From IMG/VR virus record IMGVR_UViG_3300042347_000200, positions 1 through 36,904 of that record: a DNA stretch of 36,904 nucleotides; one strand, 5' to 3'. The notes beneath the pieces are model-generated. The model was given only the letters and a program-made list of their open reading frames with translations, was not told the DNA's origin and did no database searches. Source of the stretch: a virus (taxonomy: Duplodnaviria > Caudoviricetes). Made by a program: the position numbers and the translations under genes. Below, piece by piece: positions 15,148 through 25,046 of the stretch (positions are counted from its first letter, which is position 1; every line of letters starts with the position of its first letter).

Positions 15148-15254
15148 TGAACTACATGACACCTAGCGATTTTCAATTCGCAGTAAACTGGCGCATCGCT
15201 GAACTGGAAGCTGAGAACGCCGAGTTGCGGAAGGATGCTGCGCGTGGAAGCTGA
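15147..15254 (+). CDS. Short ORF (35 aa, ...LEAENAELRKDAAR), possibly the N-terminal part of a frameshifted gene
   Basis: AAGGAG RBS; overlaps 15235-15540 in another frame. Confidence 0.45.
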   Translation: MNYMTPSDFQFAVNWRIAELEAENAELRKDAARGS

Positions 15255-15540
15255 ATTACGGGAGCAACTCGCCGCCATGACGAAGGAACGGGATGAGGCA
15301 CTAAGCTACATCAATGAGATTCCAGCAAGGCAAAGCGACCTCATCAAATCCAAAGCCAGAGAAGCAAAGCTGCGGGAGGCGTTGGCTGCAATACGCGAAT
15401 GCGCGGATGCTTCATTCGCCCTCCCCATCGACTCAACCGCGCTTGATGAACGACTCAAGCAGGAGAGGGAGCGGTGTGCGAAGGTCTGTGTAAAACAAAA
15501 TCTTGAGGGTTGCGCTGAGGCAATACGGAGCCTTACTTAA
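15235..15540 (+). CDS. Hypothetical coiled-coil phage protein
   Basis: ERERCAKVC...CAEAIRS pattern; last + strand early gene, convergent with the lysis block. Confidence 0.6.
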   Translation: MLRVEAELREQLAAMTKERDEALSYINEIPARQSDLIKSKAREAKLREALAAIRECADASFALPIDSTALDERLKQERERCAKVCVKQNLEGCAEAIRSLT

Positions 15541-15979
15541 CCGGAAAGCCCACTCCCCTTGCCCAGCCCTGCCACAGTCCTACTGTTGCGGCGTCTTGGG
15601 CGCAGTCTTGGATGAAGGTTCCACTAGCAGGAATTGATTCCGCGCCGGCTGCATCAGTTCCACCGGAACTGTTGGCAGCACCGGACACGCCACAGCTACC
15701 GGAGTGTGCTGGCAGGCTGGCAATGTAGTTAGCAACAGCAGTAGAACGGGCAGCAGCAATTTTTTTGGGTATCGCATCTTTAATCTCCTTGGTTACTTTT
15801 GCGTGTTCTGATTCGATTCGCGCTTTCTCCATCTCAGCCGCCTTGCCGAGTGTAGCAACTTCAATCTTGTAGGCGTTGAACGCTCTAACGTCCTCGCGCC
15901 AGAGCTTGTAAAACATTGCGGTGCTGGCGATCAGCAATCCTATCAGAACAAGTTTCCAGTTTGCCAGCAAGAAGGTCAT
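15533..15979 (-). CDS. Rz: Inner-membrane spanin (Rz-like)
   Basis: N-terminal TM helix plus coiled coil; last gene of the lysis block; contains a nested lipoprotein ORF. Confidence 0.8.
   Translation of the reverse strand: MTFLLANWKLVLIGLLIASTAMFYKLWREDVRAFNAYKIEVATLGKAAEMEKARIESEHAKVTKEIKDAIPKKIAAARSTAVANYIASLPAHSGSCGVSGAANSSGGTDAAGAESIPASGTFIQDCAQDAATVGLWQGWARGVGFPVK
15580..15777 (-). CDS. Rz1: Outer-membrane spanin lipoprotein (Rz1-like), fully embedded
   Basis: Basic N-terminus, Leu-rich signal, lipobox-like LPAC and Pro-rich mature part in an alternative frame. Confidence 0.8.
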   Translation of the reverse strand: MRYPKKLLLPVLLLLLTTLPACQHTPVAVACPVLPTVPVELMQPARNQFLLVEPSSKTAPKTPQQ

Positions 15980-16236
15980 TTCCGTGACTCCGAGTAGATT
16001 TTGAATACTGCCGCCTGCAATGCAGCAAACGGAACTGTTACAGCGCCAATCACCGCTGCTGCTTCAATGCCGGAAGTCAGCGAAGTCGTGAAAGCATACC
16101 GCCACGCCTGAATCGTTATCTCCCACGTCATCCATGTTGTGACGTACAGCAGGAACGCATGAACGCTGACAAAGTTCTTGCGCTCAAGCCATCCCCACAG
16201 GGTACGAGGGCGATCTGCGAGACGATCTTCGGTCAC
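15976..16236 (-). CDS. Putative holin (2 TM helices)
   Basis: Two hydrophobic segments; lies between lysin and spanins; GTGA overlap start (alternative start 16251). Confidence 0.6.
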   Translation of the reverse strand: MTEDRLADRPRTLWGWLERKNFVSVHAFLLYVTTWMTWEITIQAWRYAFTTSLTSGIEAAAVIGAVTVPFAALQAAVFKIYSESRK

Positions 16237-16625
16237 GATATCTCCAGCCAAACTTCCTCATTTCGCTTTGTTGCTGCGTCGATTAAATCAATCAATCTCT
16301 GATTGACCCCTGCACACTGAGCAATGCCAGTGAGAGTCCGTACAGCACCCAAAAGCGGACAACCGTGAGTGTCAGCCTCCGTGTTGCCTCCATGAATTCT
16401 GACGCCCTCAAATCCTGGCACGTCATGGACGTAGGGCATGATCCGCTTGAATCGGTTCGACATGGTGAGCGTGACTCTGTACCGCCCGCGAGGTATAGCC
16501 GTGTCGCCATCTATCTTTACCTCCCGTTCAGGGTCTTCGAGTGTCTCTCCAAGATACTTCCCGTCGACAAACAGTTTTCCGAAGTTAAAGCGGCCTTCGG
16601 CATCGCGGAATAATTCGAGGTTCAT
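16233..16625 (-). CDS. Putative endolysin, DUF5675-like L,D-peptidase
   Basis: TLED, AIPRGRY, VPGFEGVRIHGGN and THGCPLLG; position in the lysis block. Confidence 0.75.
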   Translation of the reverse strand: MNLELFRDAEGRFNFGKLFVDGKYLGETLEDPEREVKIDGDTAIPRGRYRVTLTMSNRFKRIMPYVHDVPGFEGVRIHGGNTEADTHGCPLLGAVRTLTGIAQCAGVNQRLIDLIDAATKRNEEVWLEIS

Positions 16626-16921
16626 TTCTCATGCCCATTCTGCGCCAGCCTGTCGGCAAGTCTATCGAACTTCTCACCAAGCGTTTTGAATCCAGCACTG
16701 AATGCGGCTTCCAACTTATCAAAGCGCGAATCAAGCTCCTGCTTGACGTAGTGATTACTGGCGATCTGGATTCGCAAGTCCTGAAGTGCCTTGGCGTCCT
16801 CGTCATGTTTCACGAATAGCAGGGCAATTTGCTTCGCCTGGAACTCGTCCTTGCTTCGCAAGAACCATCCTAATCCGCCAACCATAGTAACCACTCCTAG
16901 TTGAATAATCCATTCAGGCAT
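16622..16921 (-). CDS. Membrane-anchored coiled-coil protein (holin/antiholin-like)
   Basis: N-terminal TM, then coiled coil; GAAGGA RBS; ATGA overlap with the lysin. Confidence 0.6.
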   Translation of the reverse strand: MPEWIIQLGVVTMVGGLGWFLRSKDEFQAKQIALLFVKHDEDAKALQDLRIQIASNHYVKQELDSRFDKLEAAFSAGFKTLGEKFDRLADRLAQNGHEK

Positions 16922-16968
16922 GATTCGTTCCTTCCCGCCCTCTGTGGGGCAGATGCGTTGACCTATAT

Positions 16969-17262
16969 TCAGGTAAGACCTTCGTTCTTTGCTGCGCCTT
17001 CGCAATGCCCTGCTTGAATCTTATCCAGTACCCATCGAAGTCCAGCCCAAGGTTGCTCAGTAGCAACTCCGCATTCCGCGCTCAGAGTGAAGTACCCACT
17101 AAATCCGCACAAGGCCGCCAACAATTTGTCCATTGCGCGAAGAACATCTTTGCCGTAGATATTTTCTTCCAGCATGATTGCGGCTAGGCTGATGGGCACT
17201 GACAGCAACGCGGCGATGCTGAATGGCAGCCATAGGACTAGGATGATGGCGAGTTTCTTCAT
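16969..17262 (-). CDS. Hypothetical membrane protein (97 aa)
   Basis: Hydrophobic N-terminus; TLSAECG...GHC. Confidence 0.65.
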   Translation of the reverse strand: MKKLAIILVLWLPFSIAALLSVPISLAAIMLEENIYGKDVLRAMDKLLAALCGFSGYFTLSAECGVATEQPWAGLRWVLDKIQAGHCEGAAKNEGLT

Positions 17263-17711
17263 CGTTGCGACCTCAATATTGCACGAGCAGCAGCGTTCGT
17301 GTGAACCTTATGATATGCGCGTGAGTAGTTTGGCGACTCTGGATCAATCAATTCAGCTTCGGTCACAGGTGGATTAGCAGCAGCGGCAATTTGCAGCGAC
17401 CGGATCAGAAGATCATCAATGATCGTTCGAATTAGCCCCTGCTCAATGGCTTGTTTTTCAAGAGCGAGAATTTGCTGATCAAGTTTCGCAACGCGAGCAG
17501 CTTCTATCATCTCCGCTGGTTTCGGCGTGACGATCAGATACGGTGCGTCATCAATCTCTTGGTTGTAGAAAAGATTGTCATCCCCGCGAACGGGGTCGGC
17601 AATCTCAATGACACCGCACGCTGCACGAATCTCAGGAGTGTCGAGTTTGCTGCGGCCTTTATATGGCGCGTCAATATTCACGCGCTTGAGTGTTTCTTGA
17701 TCTATGAACAT
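17259..17711 (-). CDS. Putative tail fibre assembly/chaperone protein
   Basis: Immediately downstream of the tail fibre; size and position only. Confidence 0.5.
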   Translation of the reverse strand: MFIDQETLKRVNIDAPYKGRSKLDTPEIRAACGVIEIADPVRGDDNLFYNQEIDDAPYLIVTPKPAEMIEAARVAKLDQQILALEKQAIEQGLIRTIIDDLLIRSLQIAAAANPPVTEAELIDPESPNYSRAYHKVHTNAAARAILRSQR

Positions 17712-17717
17712 TTCTTA

Positions 17718-20084
17718 TTACCTCGCTGGTGATGGTGCGACATTGCTGCCGCCGAATGGGTGTTCCGCAAATGCGGCGAAGATGATGGTATTGCCAGAAC
17801 CGTTGACATTTGCATAGTTAGCACGCGGCTTAAATCCGTTACTCAGAATATCATCAGGATTAGTCACTCGGTAGTCATCCTCGGCGGCGGCCAGATTCGC
17901 ATATAGTCCTAGCCCGCCAGCGTTGTATGTATCTCTCGCTGTATCCCACAAAACCCAATTTGTAGCAGCGGCGGAAGCATTTTTAAGAAGAATAAATCTC
18001 GGCCTAAATCCGCAATACACAAACGGCCCATCAGCCGATCCATTCCCCGTATAACTCCCGAACTTACTGAATCCGGCGACTTCTGCAAAGCAGTAGGCGA
18101 CGTAGTTCCCATTGAGTTCATTGTGGTTCTGCATCGTACCAAGGGAGACTACAGTAGTCGTTGGTGACGTGTTATTCCACCAAGCTATCTGCCCTGTTAC
18201 CTGTGCGTTCGTAAGGTCTAACCGCAAGCCCCCTGTGTTACCGATGGCGGAGTGATATACCCCCCAATCGTTTATTCCCGCAGATGCCCCCGCAGAACGT
18301 TCCTTGATGATAATAAAACTCGGAGCCTTGCCTAACCCATGCCCCACAGTAGCGTTTGCTCCTGTTCCCGTATAGGTAACAATCGAGAACCCCGCCGTCT
18401 GGTTCGCACTGACCGTGGAGGTGATACTTCCATCCGTGTTGCTTGCTCCTGCGCCATTGGCTTTCCACATCCAGTCGATGTAGGTCGCTGCGTTCGTGTT
18501 CATCTGCGCTAACGCACCACCAGAATACCCATCTGAGTTGAACGCCGTCAGTCCGGTAGCTTCTGTAGTTTCTGCACCTGTTGTATTTGATTCCAGTTGC
18601 TTCTGCACACCACGAACAGCATCGTACAACGCATGATCCGTAGCCCCGCTGCGACCCTTCGTCCACACCAGATCAGGCTGGAAGGCTTGGCCTGTCACAT
18701 TGAACGAAGCACCTGTACCAGTGCGAGTCTTGGCGTTGAAGTAGGATGCTGGCTTGGTGATCGCCACCGCAGGAAGGTTCGCGGTGCAGAGGGCTTTGAA
18801 TCCGGTTGGTGGTGTGTGGGTGAAGGGGCGCTGTCCGAAGTTAATGTGTACTGCACCAGTACCAGAAGATGAACCATATCCAACGCAAGGGAAAAGAGTC
18901 CCACTAAGACTTGAAAACGCAGTGCCTTGCGTACTATTGTTTTTGTAGAAACTTAGCGTAGCTGCGTCCGCATCATATAGCACACCAATCAAATCCGCAG
19001 TGGTGAAGGTTGCACCATAGGCAACCGATCCTGCGTTATTTCCAGCATTACCTGACGTGCTGATATAGCTGTACCCAACTGAACTAGAGTAGGGATAGTT
19101 GTTTAACGGCTGTGCACTTCCGCACACACCTAGGGCTATTTGATTTCCTACAGCAGAAATATAAACTTCCCAATACCATTTACCACTCAGTGGTAACGCT
19201 TGGGTTGCTCTTGCCGTAGAAAGCACAGTAGCACCGAAATTCAGTGCCGCATCACCCAATGAACCAGCGTTAGAGTCAAGAGGATTCAACGTCGCATAGT
19301 TATTCGTCGGCGTATCAACCATATGGTCATACGTCACGCCAGCAGTCAGACTGACATTATTCAACGTCCAGTTGTTTGCATTCCCGCTGCGATCATAGCC
19401 AAGCGTGGTAAGCGACGTGGCATCATCGAAGGGCAGGTAGAAACCATTGGTTCCGTAAGTGCCAGTGTAGGGTTTGGGAACCCATACGCCATCGGGATTG
19501 GTTTCGCCGAAGCTGGAAGGTGTGAGTGCTTGGCCGTCTATGAAGTAAATGTCGGAGAGGTAGCCGTCGAATAGACTTTGCAGTGTACCTGTTGTGCTTT
19601 CCATCCCAATGCTATGTAGAAGTGCTGCATTAAACAGCGTGTTGTAATTTTGCGCTGGCATTGTTCCCGTAGTTATTTGCTGAACTCCATTGACAAATAA
19701 ACGAATGCGGCTATCTGAAACTGAGTGCGCCGTCTGTGCCTGTGTGGTATCAAAAACAATTACAAAATGATAATGTGCCAATAGGTCACGGTATAGTGGC
19801 GTCGGAGTAACTTGGTACTGGGTAGCACCAGAGGCGCGTTCAAATATCTCCGTTGGGAAGATATGCGCACGATCTAACGAGAAGTTTCCATCCACGCAGA
19901 ACAACGATTCGTTTAATCCAGTTCTAGCAAGTTTTACCCAACAGGAATATGTAAATTTCTGTCTATTGCTTGCGCTTGGTGTCCTGCTCAAATACGCGCT
20001 CGCGCTCGCCCGTAGCCGCAACGAGTTCTCAATCTGATAGCTGGCAGAAGCACCAGAACCAGCATATAGTCCGGGAATGCTCAT
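17718..20084 (-). CDS. Tail fibre/receptor-binding protein with ConA/LamG-like and SPRY-like domains
   Basis: FTYSCWVK, FDGYLSDIYFIDGQAL, GKWYWEV..IGVLYD..LSFYKN and PPTGFKAL; G/T/S/N-rich; ATGA overlap start. Confidence 0.8.
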   Translation of the reverse strand: MSIPGLYAGSGASASYQIENSLRLRASASAYLSRTPSASNRQKFTYSCWVKLARTGLNESLFCVDGNFSLDRAHIFPTEIFERASGATQYQVTPTPLYRDLLAHYHFVIVFDTTQAQTAHSVSDSRIRLFVNGVQQITTGTMPAQNYNTLFNAALLHSIGMESTTGTLQSLFDGYLSDIYFIDGQALTPSSFGETNPDGVWVPKPYTGTYGTNGFYLPFDDATSLTTLGYDRSGNANNWTLNNVSLTAGVTYDHMVDTPTNNYATLNPLDSNAGSLGDAALNFGATVLSTARATQALPLSGKWYWEVYISAVGNQIALGVCGSAQPLNNYPYSSSVGYSYISTSGNAGNNAGSVAYGATFTTADLIGVLYDADAATLSFYKNNSTQGTAFSSLSGTLFPCVGYGSSSGTGAVHINFGQRPFTHTPPTGFKALCTANLPAVAITKPASYFNAKTRTGTGASFNVTGQAFQPDLVWTKGRSGATDHALYDAVRGVQKQLESNTTGAETTEATGLTAFNSDGYSGGALAQMNTNAATYIDWMWKANGAGASNTDGSITSTVSANQTAGFSIVTYTGTGANATVGHGLGKAPSFIIIKERSAGASAGINDWGVYHSAIGNTGGLRLDLTNAQVTGQIAWWNNTSPTTTVVSLGTMQNHNELNGNYVAYCFAEVAGFSKFGSYTGNGSADGPFVYCGFRPRFILLKNASAAATNWVLWDTARDTYNAGGLGLYANLAAAEDDYRVTNPDDILSNGFKPRANYANVNGSGNTIIFAAFAEHPFGGSNVAPSPAR

Positions 20085-20869
20085 GCAGAAGCTCCCGCAG
20101 TTGCACAATGAACATTGGTGCCGTCACAGTAGCCGGCAATGACATACGTTCCCGTCGCGCTGATTGCAGAGAGGAATGACGATGTGACTTTGGTATTTGC
20201 GTGGGCGGTAATCGCGTAATTGCTACCATTCACCAACTTGATTGTAATCCAACAGGGAGATGCAGGAATGTTCGTGAATGTCAGCACGCCACCAGCAGTA
20301 GGCGTGCAATCGAAAAATAGCTTTCCAGCGGCACCAATGTCGAACGATAGATCGTTGTCTGTTGCTTTTGTTCCGTACTGTGGAAGTGTGAATGTCTGCG
20401 AGGTGCTAAGTGTGGCAACAGTTGCACCTTCCACCGCCACTACGCCAGCACTCACTCGCGTCAGCGTGGTATCCGAGGCGTGACCGAGTTCAAGTGAACC
20501 GACCCCCAATGCTTCCGTAGTGGAATCAACTATTCCAGCGACCGGCAACCCCGTCGCATTGGTTAGCGTACCTGACGATGGCGTTCCTAGTGCGCCACCG
20601 TTAATTACCGGAGCACCGGCAGTTCCGACGTTCACGGCGAGGGCAGTAGTGATTCCGGTTCCTGGCGTAACCCCCGCCCACGTTGTCAGATCAGCGTCGT
20701 AAGCCTGTATCGTAACCCCAAGATCAGTGGAATCGTACTTGGTAGCAACGGCGACCGCGACTGCATCAAAGTCTGCCTTAATCTCAGTACCCTTGACGAG
20801 TTTGGCTGGATTGCCAGTAAGCAGCGCATCCTTTGCCGCATAGTCCGTGATAACGATGTAGTCACTCAT
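20081..20869 (-). CDS. Tail fibre/tail-attachment structural protein
   Basis: A/T/G-rich; ALGTPSSGTLTNATGLP motif; within the tail module. Confidence 0.7.
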   Translation of the reverse strand: MSDYIVITDYAAKDALLTGNPAKLVKGTEIKADFDAVAVAVATKYDSTDLGVTIQAYDADLTTWAGVTPGTGITTALAVNVGTAGAPVINGGALGTPSSGTLTNATGLPVAGIVDSTTEALGVGSLELGHASDTTLTRVSAGVVAVEGATVATLSTSQTFTLPQYGTKATDNDLSFDIGAAGKLFFDCTPTAGGVLTFTNIPASPCWITIKLVNGSNYAITAHANTKVTSSFLSAISATGTYVIAGYCDGTNVHCATAGASA

Positions 20870-22404
20870 AGCCGTCCATCCTTTGTAAACAAGTCAATCC
20901 GCTGAATTGCTATCTGATACCCGCCTACTTGCGCCTCTAAACCAAACTGTAGCACGCGCCCTGAACTGCTACCTTGAACTGACATTACGTTGATCGCCAC
21001 ATTCCCTGAGTATTCAGAAATTCCATATTCGGCTGTTCCATATTCGGCTTGATTCGACAAGCCAGAAAGCGTCGAAGTCTGCGAATACTGTGCACTATTG
21101 TAGTCATAGCCCCACTTGAATACTACGGTCTGATTCGACAGCCCAATGAGTGTTACAAGTACCCTTTTCAGAATCGAAGTCTGGATAGGATTACCGAAGT
21201 CAATCCATGTGGTGTAGTACGACATCCGATACACGGAAGCATCGTCGTAGTACCCTGTATGGTCGCCAAGATATCCCGCATTCCCAATATACAGAACACG
21301 ATCTTTTGTCTCGTAGAACGACTTTGCAACCAGCGTCCACATTGATGTTCTCGCCGCGCCATTCTCCAGAATAGAGCGCATATCGAAACAATAGGTGTTC
21401 GCCGTCGCCGGAAGCGTTATCAGGTAGAAATTGTTAGCCGCGCTGTACACCGACTTGATGTTCTCTGTATTCTCCAGATCAACCGCGCCCATAAAATCTA
21501 CCTGCACGTTCTGGCTGAGTTTGCGAATCGGAGCCGATTTCTCCTGAATTGTTCGCAGCAACGAACGAACGCCGCTATCCGACAGGAACACAACATCTTC
21601 ACCAGCATTCTGTACCGAGTCCCTTGCGATGCATCCGACGCCAACAATCGAATCCTGCAATTTCATTGTCGAAGGGGTATCCGCACCGGAGTAGATCAGG
21701 ATTTGGAATCGCCCCATGATGAACAGGAAGTTATTGTGTGCCGCAAGAGCAACAATCTCGTCGCCACCGGATGGCCATACCTGGCCGACGTTCAGTGATC
21801 CTGATGTCCCCCCCGTCCAGACATGCGGCGAAAGCAAGTCACTGAACACCACAGTCTGCTTGTCGGTCGAAATATCTGCCGCCCATACCCGCCCGTAGGC
21901 ACTGATCGCCTCGTTGCACTGATACACGGTTCCAGCAGTTCCTGCTTTCTCGTTCAAACGCCGAAACGTGGTTGCCGATACAGCAGGATCATAAATTAGC
22001 GGATCGTACCCACGTTGCCAAAACATCGCCACACCGTTCAGTTGGCAGAATTTCCAGTTGTTTGCGCTTATCGTTGGAGCTACACCACCACCACCATAGG
22101 TTAGCGTAACCAGTGTGGTGCCGCTCAGTTTGAACAGGAATCCTCCGCCAGCACATAGCGTAGTAGCCGTTCCGTCGTTCTGGATCAGTTCTCCGATGCA
22201 AGTAATGTTGCTTGTGGATAAGTCGGTATTCGCCGTACTCGCTCGCGTCCATCCCTTCCGCGATGCAACCCTGCCCGACTTGTCGATAATGCAGTTGTTC
22301 GCCTCCAGAGCAAACGATGCCGGCAGATCGACAGGCGAATCCGATAGGTTCAGGCCGTTGAAGCCTGGTGCTGAAATCGAGAAGGGGGTGATCTGGTCAG
22401 CCAC
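20866..22404 (-). CDS. Podoviral tail tube/nozzle protein (tubular B / stabilisation-like)
   Basis: 512 aa beta-rich; FNGLN...ANN...RKG N-terminal pattern; follows the adaptor gene. Confidence 0.7.
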   Translation of the reverse strand: MADQITPFSISAPGFNGLNLSDSPVDLPASFALEANNCIIDKSGRVASRKGWTRASTANTDLSTSNITCIGELIQNDGTATTLCAGGGFLFKLSGTTLVTLTYGGGGVAPTISANNWKFCQLNGVAMFWQRGYDPLIYDPAVSATTFRRLNEKAGTAGTVYQCNEAISAYGRVWAADISTDKQTVVFSDLLSPHVWTGGTSGSLNVGQVWPSGGDEIVALAAHNNFLFIMGRFQILIYSGADTPSTMKLQDSIVGVGCIARDSVQNAGEDVVFLSDSGVRSLLRTIQEKSAPIRKLSQNVQVDFMGAVDLENTENIKSVYSAANNFYLITLPATANTYCFDMRSILENGAARTSMWTLVAKSFYETKDRVLYIGNAGYLGDHTGYYDDASVYRMSYYTTWIDFGNPIQTSILKRVLVTLIGLSNQTVVFKWGYDYNSAQYSQTSTLSGLSNQAEYGTAEYGISEYSGNVAINVMSVQGSSSGRVLQFGLEAQVGGYQIAIQRIDLFTKDGRL

Positions 22405-23052
22405 TTAGGTAGCCTCGAAACAGTCGAATTCCATGAACCGCTCCTTCTCCAGCGAGATATAGTCGCTCAGAATCGACTTATACAGCCCGTATGCCTCTCC
22501 AGAGGTCAGCCCGCCATCTTCGCCCCTCTCAACCAATGCGCGGGCGTATGCGCCTGCTATGACCGGTTCAGAGGGTACTGTGATGATGTCGGCGTCTGCC
22601 GTCAGAGTCGTCTGCGGGACAATCATGTTGAACTTGAGCGAATAGACCGCCATCGGGGTAGGGAACAACTCCACTTTGCTGTCCGTCCCGTCCGTCCCAT
22701 TCCATGCGTAATAGCATGGTACGCTCGATGACACCGCGCTCAACTGCTGCTGATCGAGTATCCACTGAATCGGGACGTTGCGAAGCGTGAGCTTGTTGGT
22801 CGTGTCGTTGACCGTAATATCCCGCTGCCGAATGCCTGATCCGGTAACTGTGTAGGTGCTGGTTCCGGCTACCGTTGGAATGGTGATGGTAGTTGATAAA
22901 GCGTCCCAGTTCCATGCGTCCTCCACTTGTCTGCGGGAATCGTTGATGTAGCGCCCAATCAGCGTGGAGTAAGCACTCGTTGTGACGCTGGCAACGCTGG
23001 ATTCGCGTAGGCGGGAGAGGACTTCGTTAACACATTCCAAATACGTTGCCAT
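22405..23052 (-). CDS. Head-tail adaptor (tail tubular protein A-like)
   Basis: TYLECVNEVLSRLRE...AWNW N-terminus; size and synteny. Confidence 0.72.
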   Translation of the reverse strand: MATYLECVNEVLSRLRESSVASVTTSAYSTLIGRYINDSRRQVEDAWNWDALSTTITIPTVAGTSTYTVTGSGIRQRDITVNDTTNKLTLRNVPIQWILDQQQLSAVSSSVPCYYAWNGTDGTDSKVELFPTPMAVYSLKFNMIVPQTTLTADADIITVPSEPVIAGAYARALVERGEDGGLTSGEAYGLYKSILSDYISLEKERFMEFDCFEAT

Positions 23053-25046
23053 TATTGGTTTGCTCCTGACATCATTCCTTGAATGTTACTTGCTCCACCA
23101 ACAATCGGGGCCATCCTAGCTGTAGACATTGGCCTTGCAATAGCAGCACGTCTTGCCGCATCTTTTGAAAGCAATTCTCTCAACAAAGCCGGGTCAGCCA
23201 ATACTTTAGCGGCTTCTCTTGTCACATCATCAACCGTTGATTTTGCGGTTTCTCGCGCAAGTTTGTTAGCCACAGCAACCCAAACATTAAGCAAGTTTGG
23301 CAGTTGGAATGCCCGTTCATCTCCGAGATTAGCTTTTGCCAACTTCTGCAATTCCTGAACTTCTCCAGTAATCTGTGAAGCATTACGAAGCCCAGAAATC
23401 TTGCTCATCTGTCCAAGATTAAACATATCAGACAATTGCTGGTTCGGCCTTCCAGTTGCCTGACGGATCAACCTCTCTTGAGCAGGAATAGCCTCAGTCG
23501 CCTTCAAGAAGGCTTCTGGCGATTGCTCCATCTTCTGCGACAGCGCGGTTCCAACTTTCATCTGATTCGCCGGAACAGACTGGAATGCAAAGATACGGTT
23601 TGCCTGCGCCCATTCAGGCGATTTCTCTGACAGCCATGCGCCTAGCGCATTCTTCGCTTCTCGTAGTTCGTAACCTAGAGTCTCGTCCGTAGATGCCGGA
23701 GACTTCATCAGGCGGTTGACTTCCTTTTCCATCAATCGGTACTGATTCTGCAATGACTTGATGGAGTATTTAGCGAACTGTTCAGGCATGTCCTCTTTGT
23801 ACGGGGTCTGCTGCCAATCAGTGAAAACACCTTGATACACCGTCTTTGCAGGAGCATCCTTGCCAATCTGCGTGGCCCTTGGAACATTCCCTGCGCTTCG
23901 TTCTTCGATTCCAAGAGCGCGAGTGACAGCGGGACGATCCATGATTTCGTTAAGCGCACGGTCGCCAGAAACTTCGCCTTGCGGGTATAGTTTCTGTGCT
24001 GTAGCTGTTCTTGCTGCTTTAACTTTCGCTAGTGCTATATCATCAGCAGACATACCAATCAGCGGATCAATCGGAGCATTCCTTCCTCCAGATAGCGTTC
24101 CCATCATTTCACGGGAAGCCCCTTGCTGTGCAGCAGCAATCGCATTCAGATTTTCTCCACCAGGCATCTTGGAAATTTCACTCTCAAGTGCGGCAACTCG
24201 CGCCCCTGCGGGAGCCTTTACTTGCTGCCCAATGCGGGCCTGACCAAGAGTTTGTGCAGTAGTCAGTGGTTGTCCTAGCTCAGAAACATCAACCCCCTTG
24301 GTACTGAGTATCTTCAGCACAGCGTCTTTTTCTGCTGGCTGAAGTTGATCGAGAACCATTTTTTGCCCGATGGAAGCGCGGCCTCCTTTGGATAGCGTTG
24401 CCCAAAGCGAATTTCCAACGTTCCTTGCTGCACCAGACATATTCGATACAACTTTTGCCAGCGCAGGGCTTCCGAGAGCAGCAGTAATACCTGCGCCGAA
24501 CAATCCACCTTCCGCTGCATCGCCACCCTGGGCCGCAGACAAACCGGCCCCCGTCGCGCCACCGGCTGCAATATTCTTCAGGTACGTTGACGTTGCTTCA
24601 GCGACTTTCGGGATTGCCGGTGCGCGTGATGCGGCAGCAAATGCTCCTGAGCCTGCTGCTTGTGCAATTGGGTCAAGTAATCCTCCAGCAAGATAAGCGC
24701 CGCTACTCTTATCCGCTACGTCTTGGGCCAAGCTAGCCTCGCTACGCAACCACGGAGCATCAAGCATCTTCGCCGGGATGTCGAGAATCTTTCCGCCAAG
24801 TGCACCAGCACCAGCAACTATGTCGCCAACGATGTTCCTTGCAGTGCCACGTTCAGCGCGGATCATTGACTTTGTTGCACGTTGCTTTTGCTCTGCGATC
24901 TGTTCGGGCGATAAAGTCGGCTTTGACGGTACGGCGACTTCAGAGCGTAGCCGGCGAACTTCCTCAGCAAGCACACCGGCTGCTTCCGTGTCTCCGGCAG
25001 CATCAGCCTTCAGGAAGGCCGCTTCGACTTGAGCAAGATCAGCCAT
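23052..25046 (-). CDS. Putative internal virion/DNA ejection protein (664 aa)
   Basis: Ala/Gly-rich helical protein; last of three large genes in the ejection-protein position. Confidence 0.6.
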   Translation of the reverse strand: MADLAQVEAAFLKADAAGDTEAAGVLAEEVRRLRSEVAVPSKPTLSPEQIAEQKQRATKSMIRAERGTARNIVGDIVAGAGALGGKILDIPAKMLDAPWLRSEASLAQDVADKSSGAYLAGGLLDPIAQAAGSGAFAAASRAPAIPKVAEATSTYLKNIAAGGATGAGLSAAQGGDAAEGGLFGAGITAALGSPALAKVVSNMSGAARNVGNSLWATLSKGGRASIGQKMVLDQLQPAEKDAVLKILSTKGVDVSELGQPLTTAQTLGQARIGQQVKAPAGARVAALESEISKMPGGENLNAIAAAQQGASREMMGTLSGGRNAPIDPLIGMSADDIALAKVKAARTATAQKLYPQGEVSGDRALNEIMDRPAVTRALGIEERSAGNVPRATQIGKDAPAKTVYQGVFTDWQQTPYKEDMPEQFAKYSIKSLQNQYRLMEKEVNRLMKSPASTDETLGYELREAKNALGAWLSEKSPEWAQANRIFAFQSVPANQMKVGTALSQKMEQSPEAFLKATEAIPAQERLIRQATGRPNQQLSDMFNLGQMSKISGLRNASQITGEVQELQKLAKANLGDERAFQLPNLLNVWVAVANKLARETAKSTVDDVTREAAKVLADPALLRELLSKDAARRAAIARPMSTARMAPIVGGASNIQGMMSGANQ

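Noticed and set aside
17718-20869. Diversity-generating retroelement or invertible tail-fibre system
   Set aside because: No reverse transcriptase, invertase or template/variable repeat pair was seen.
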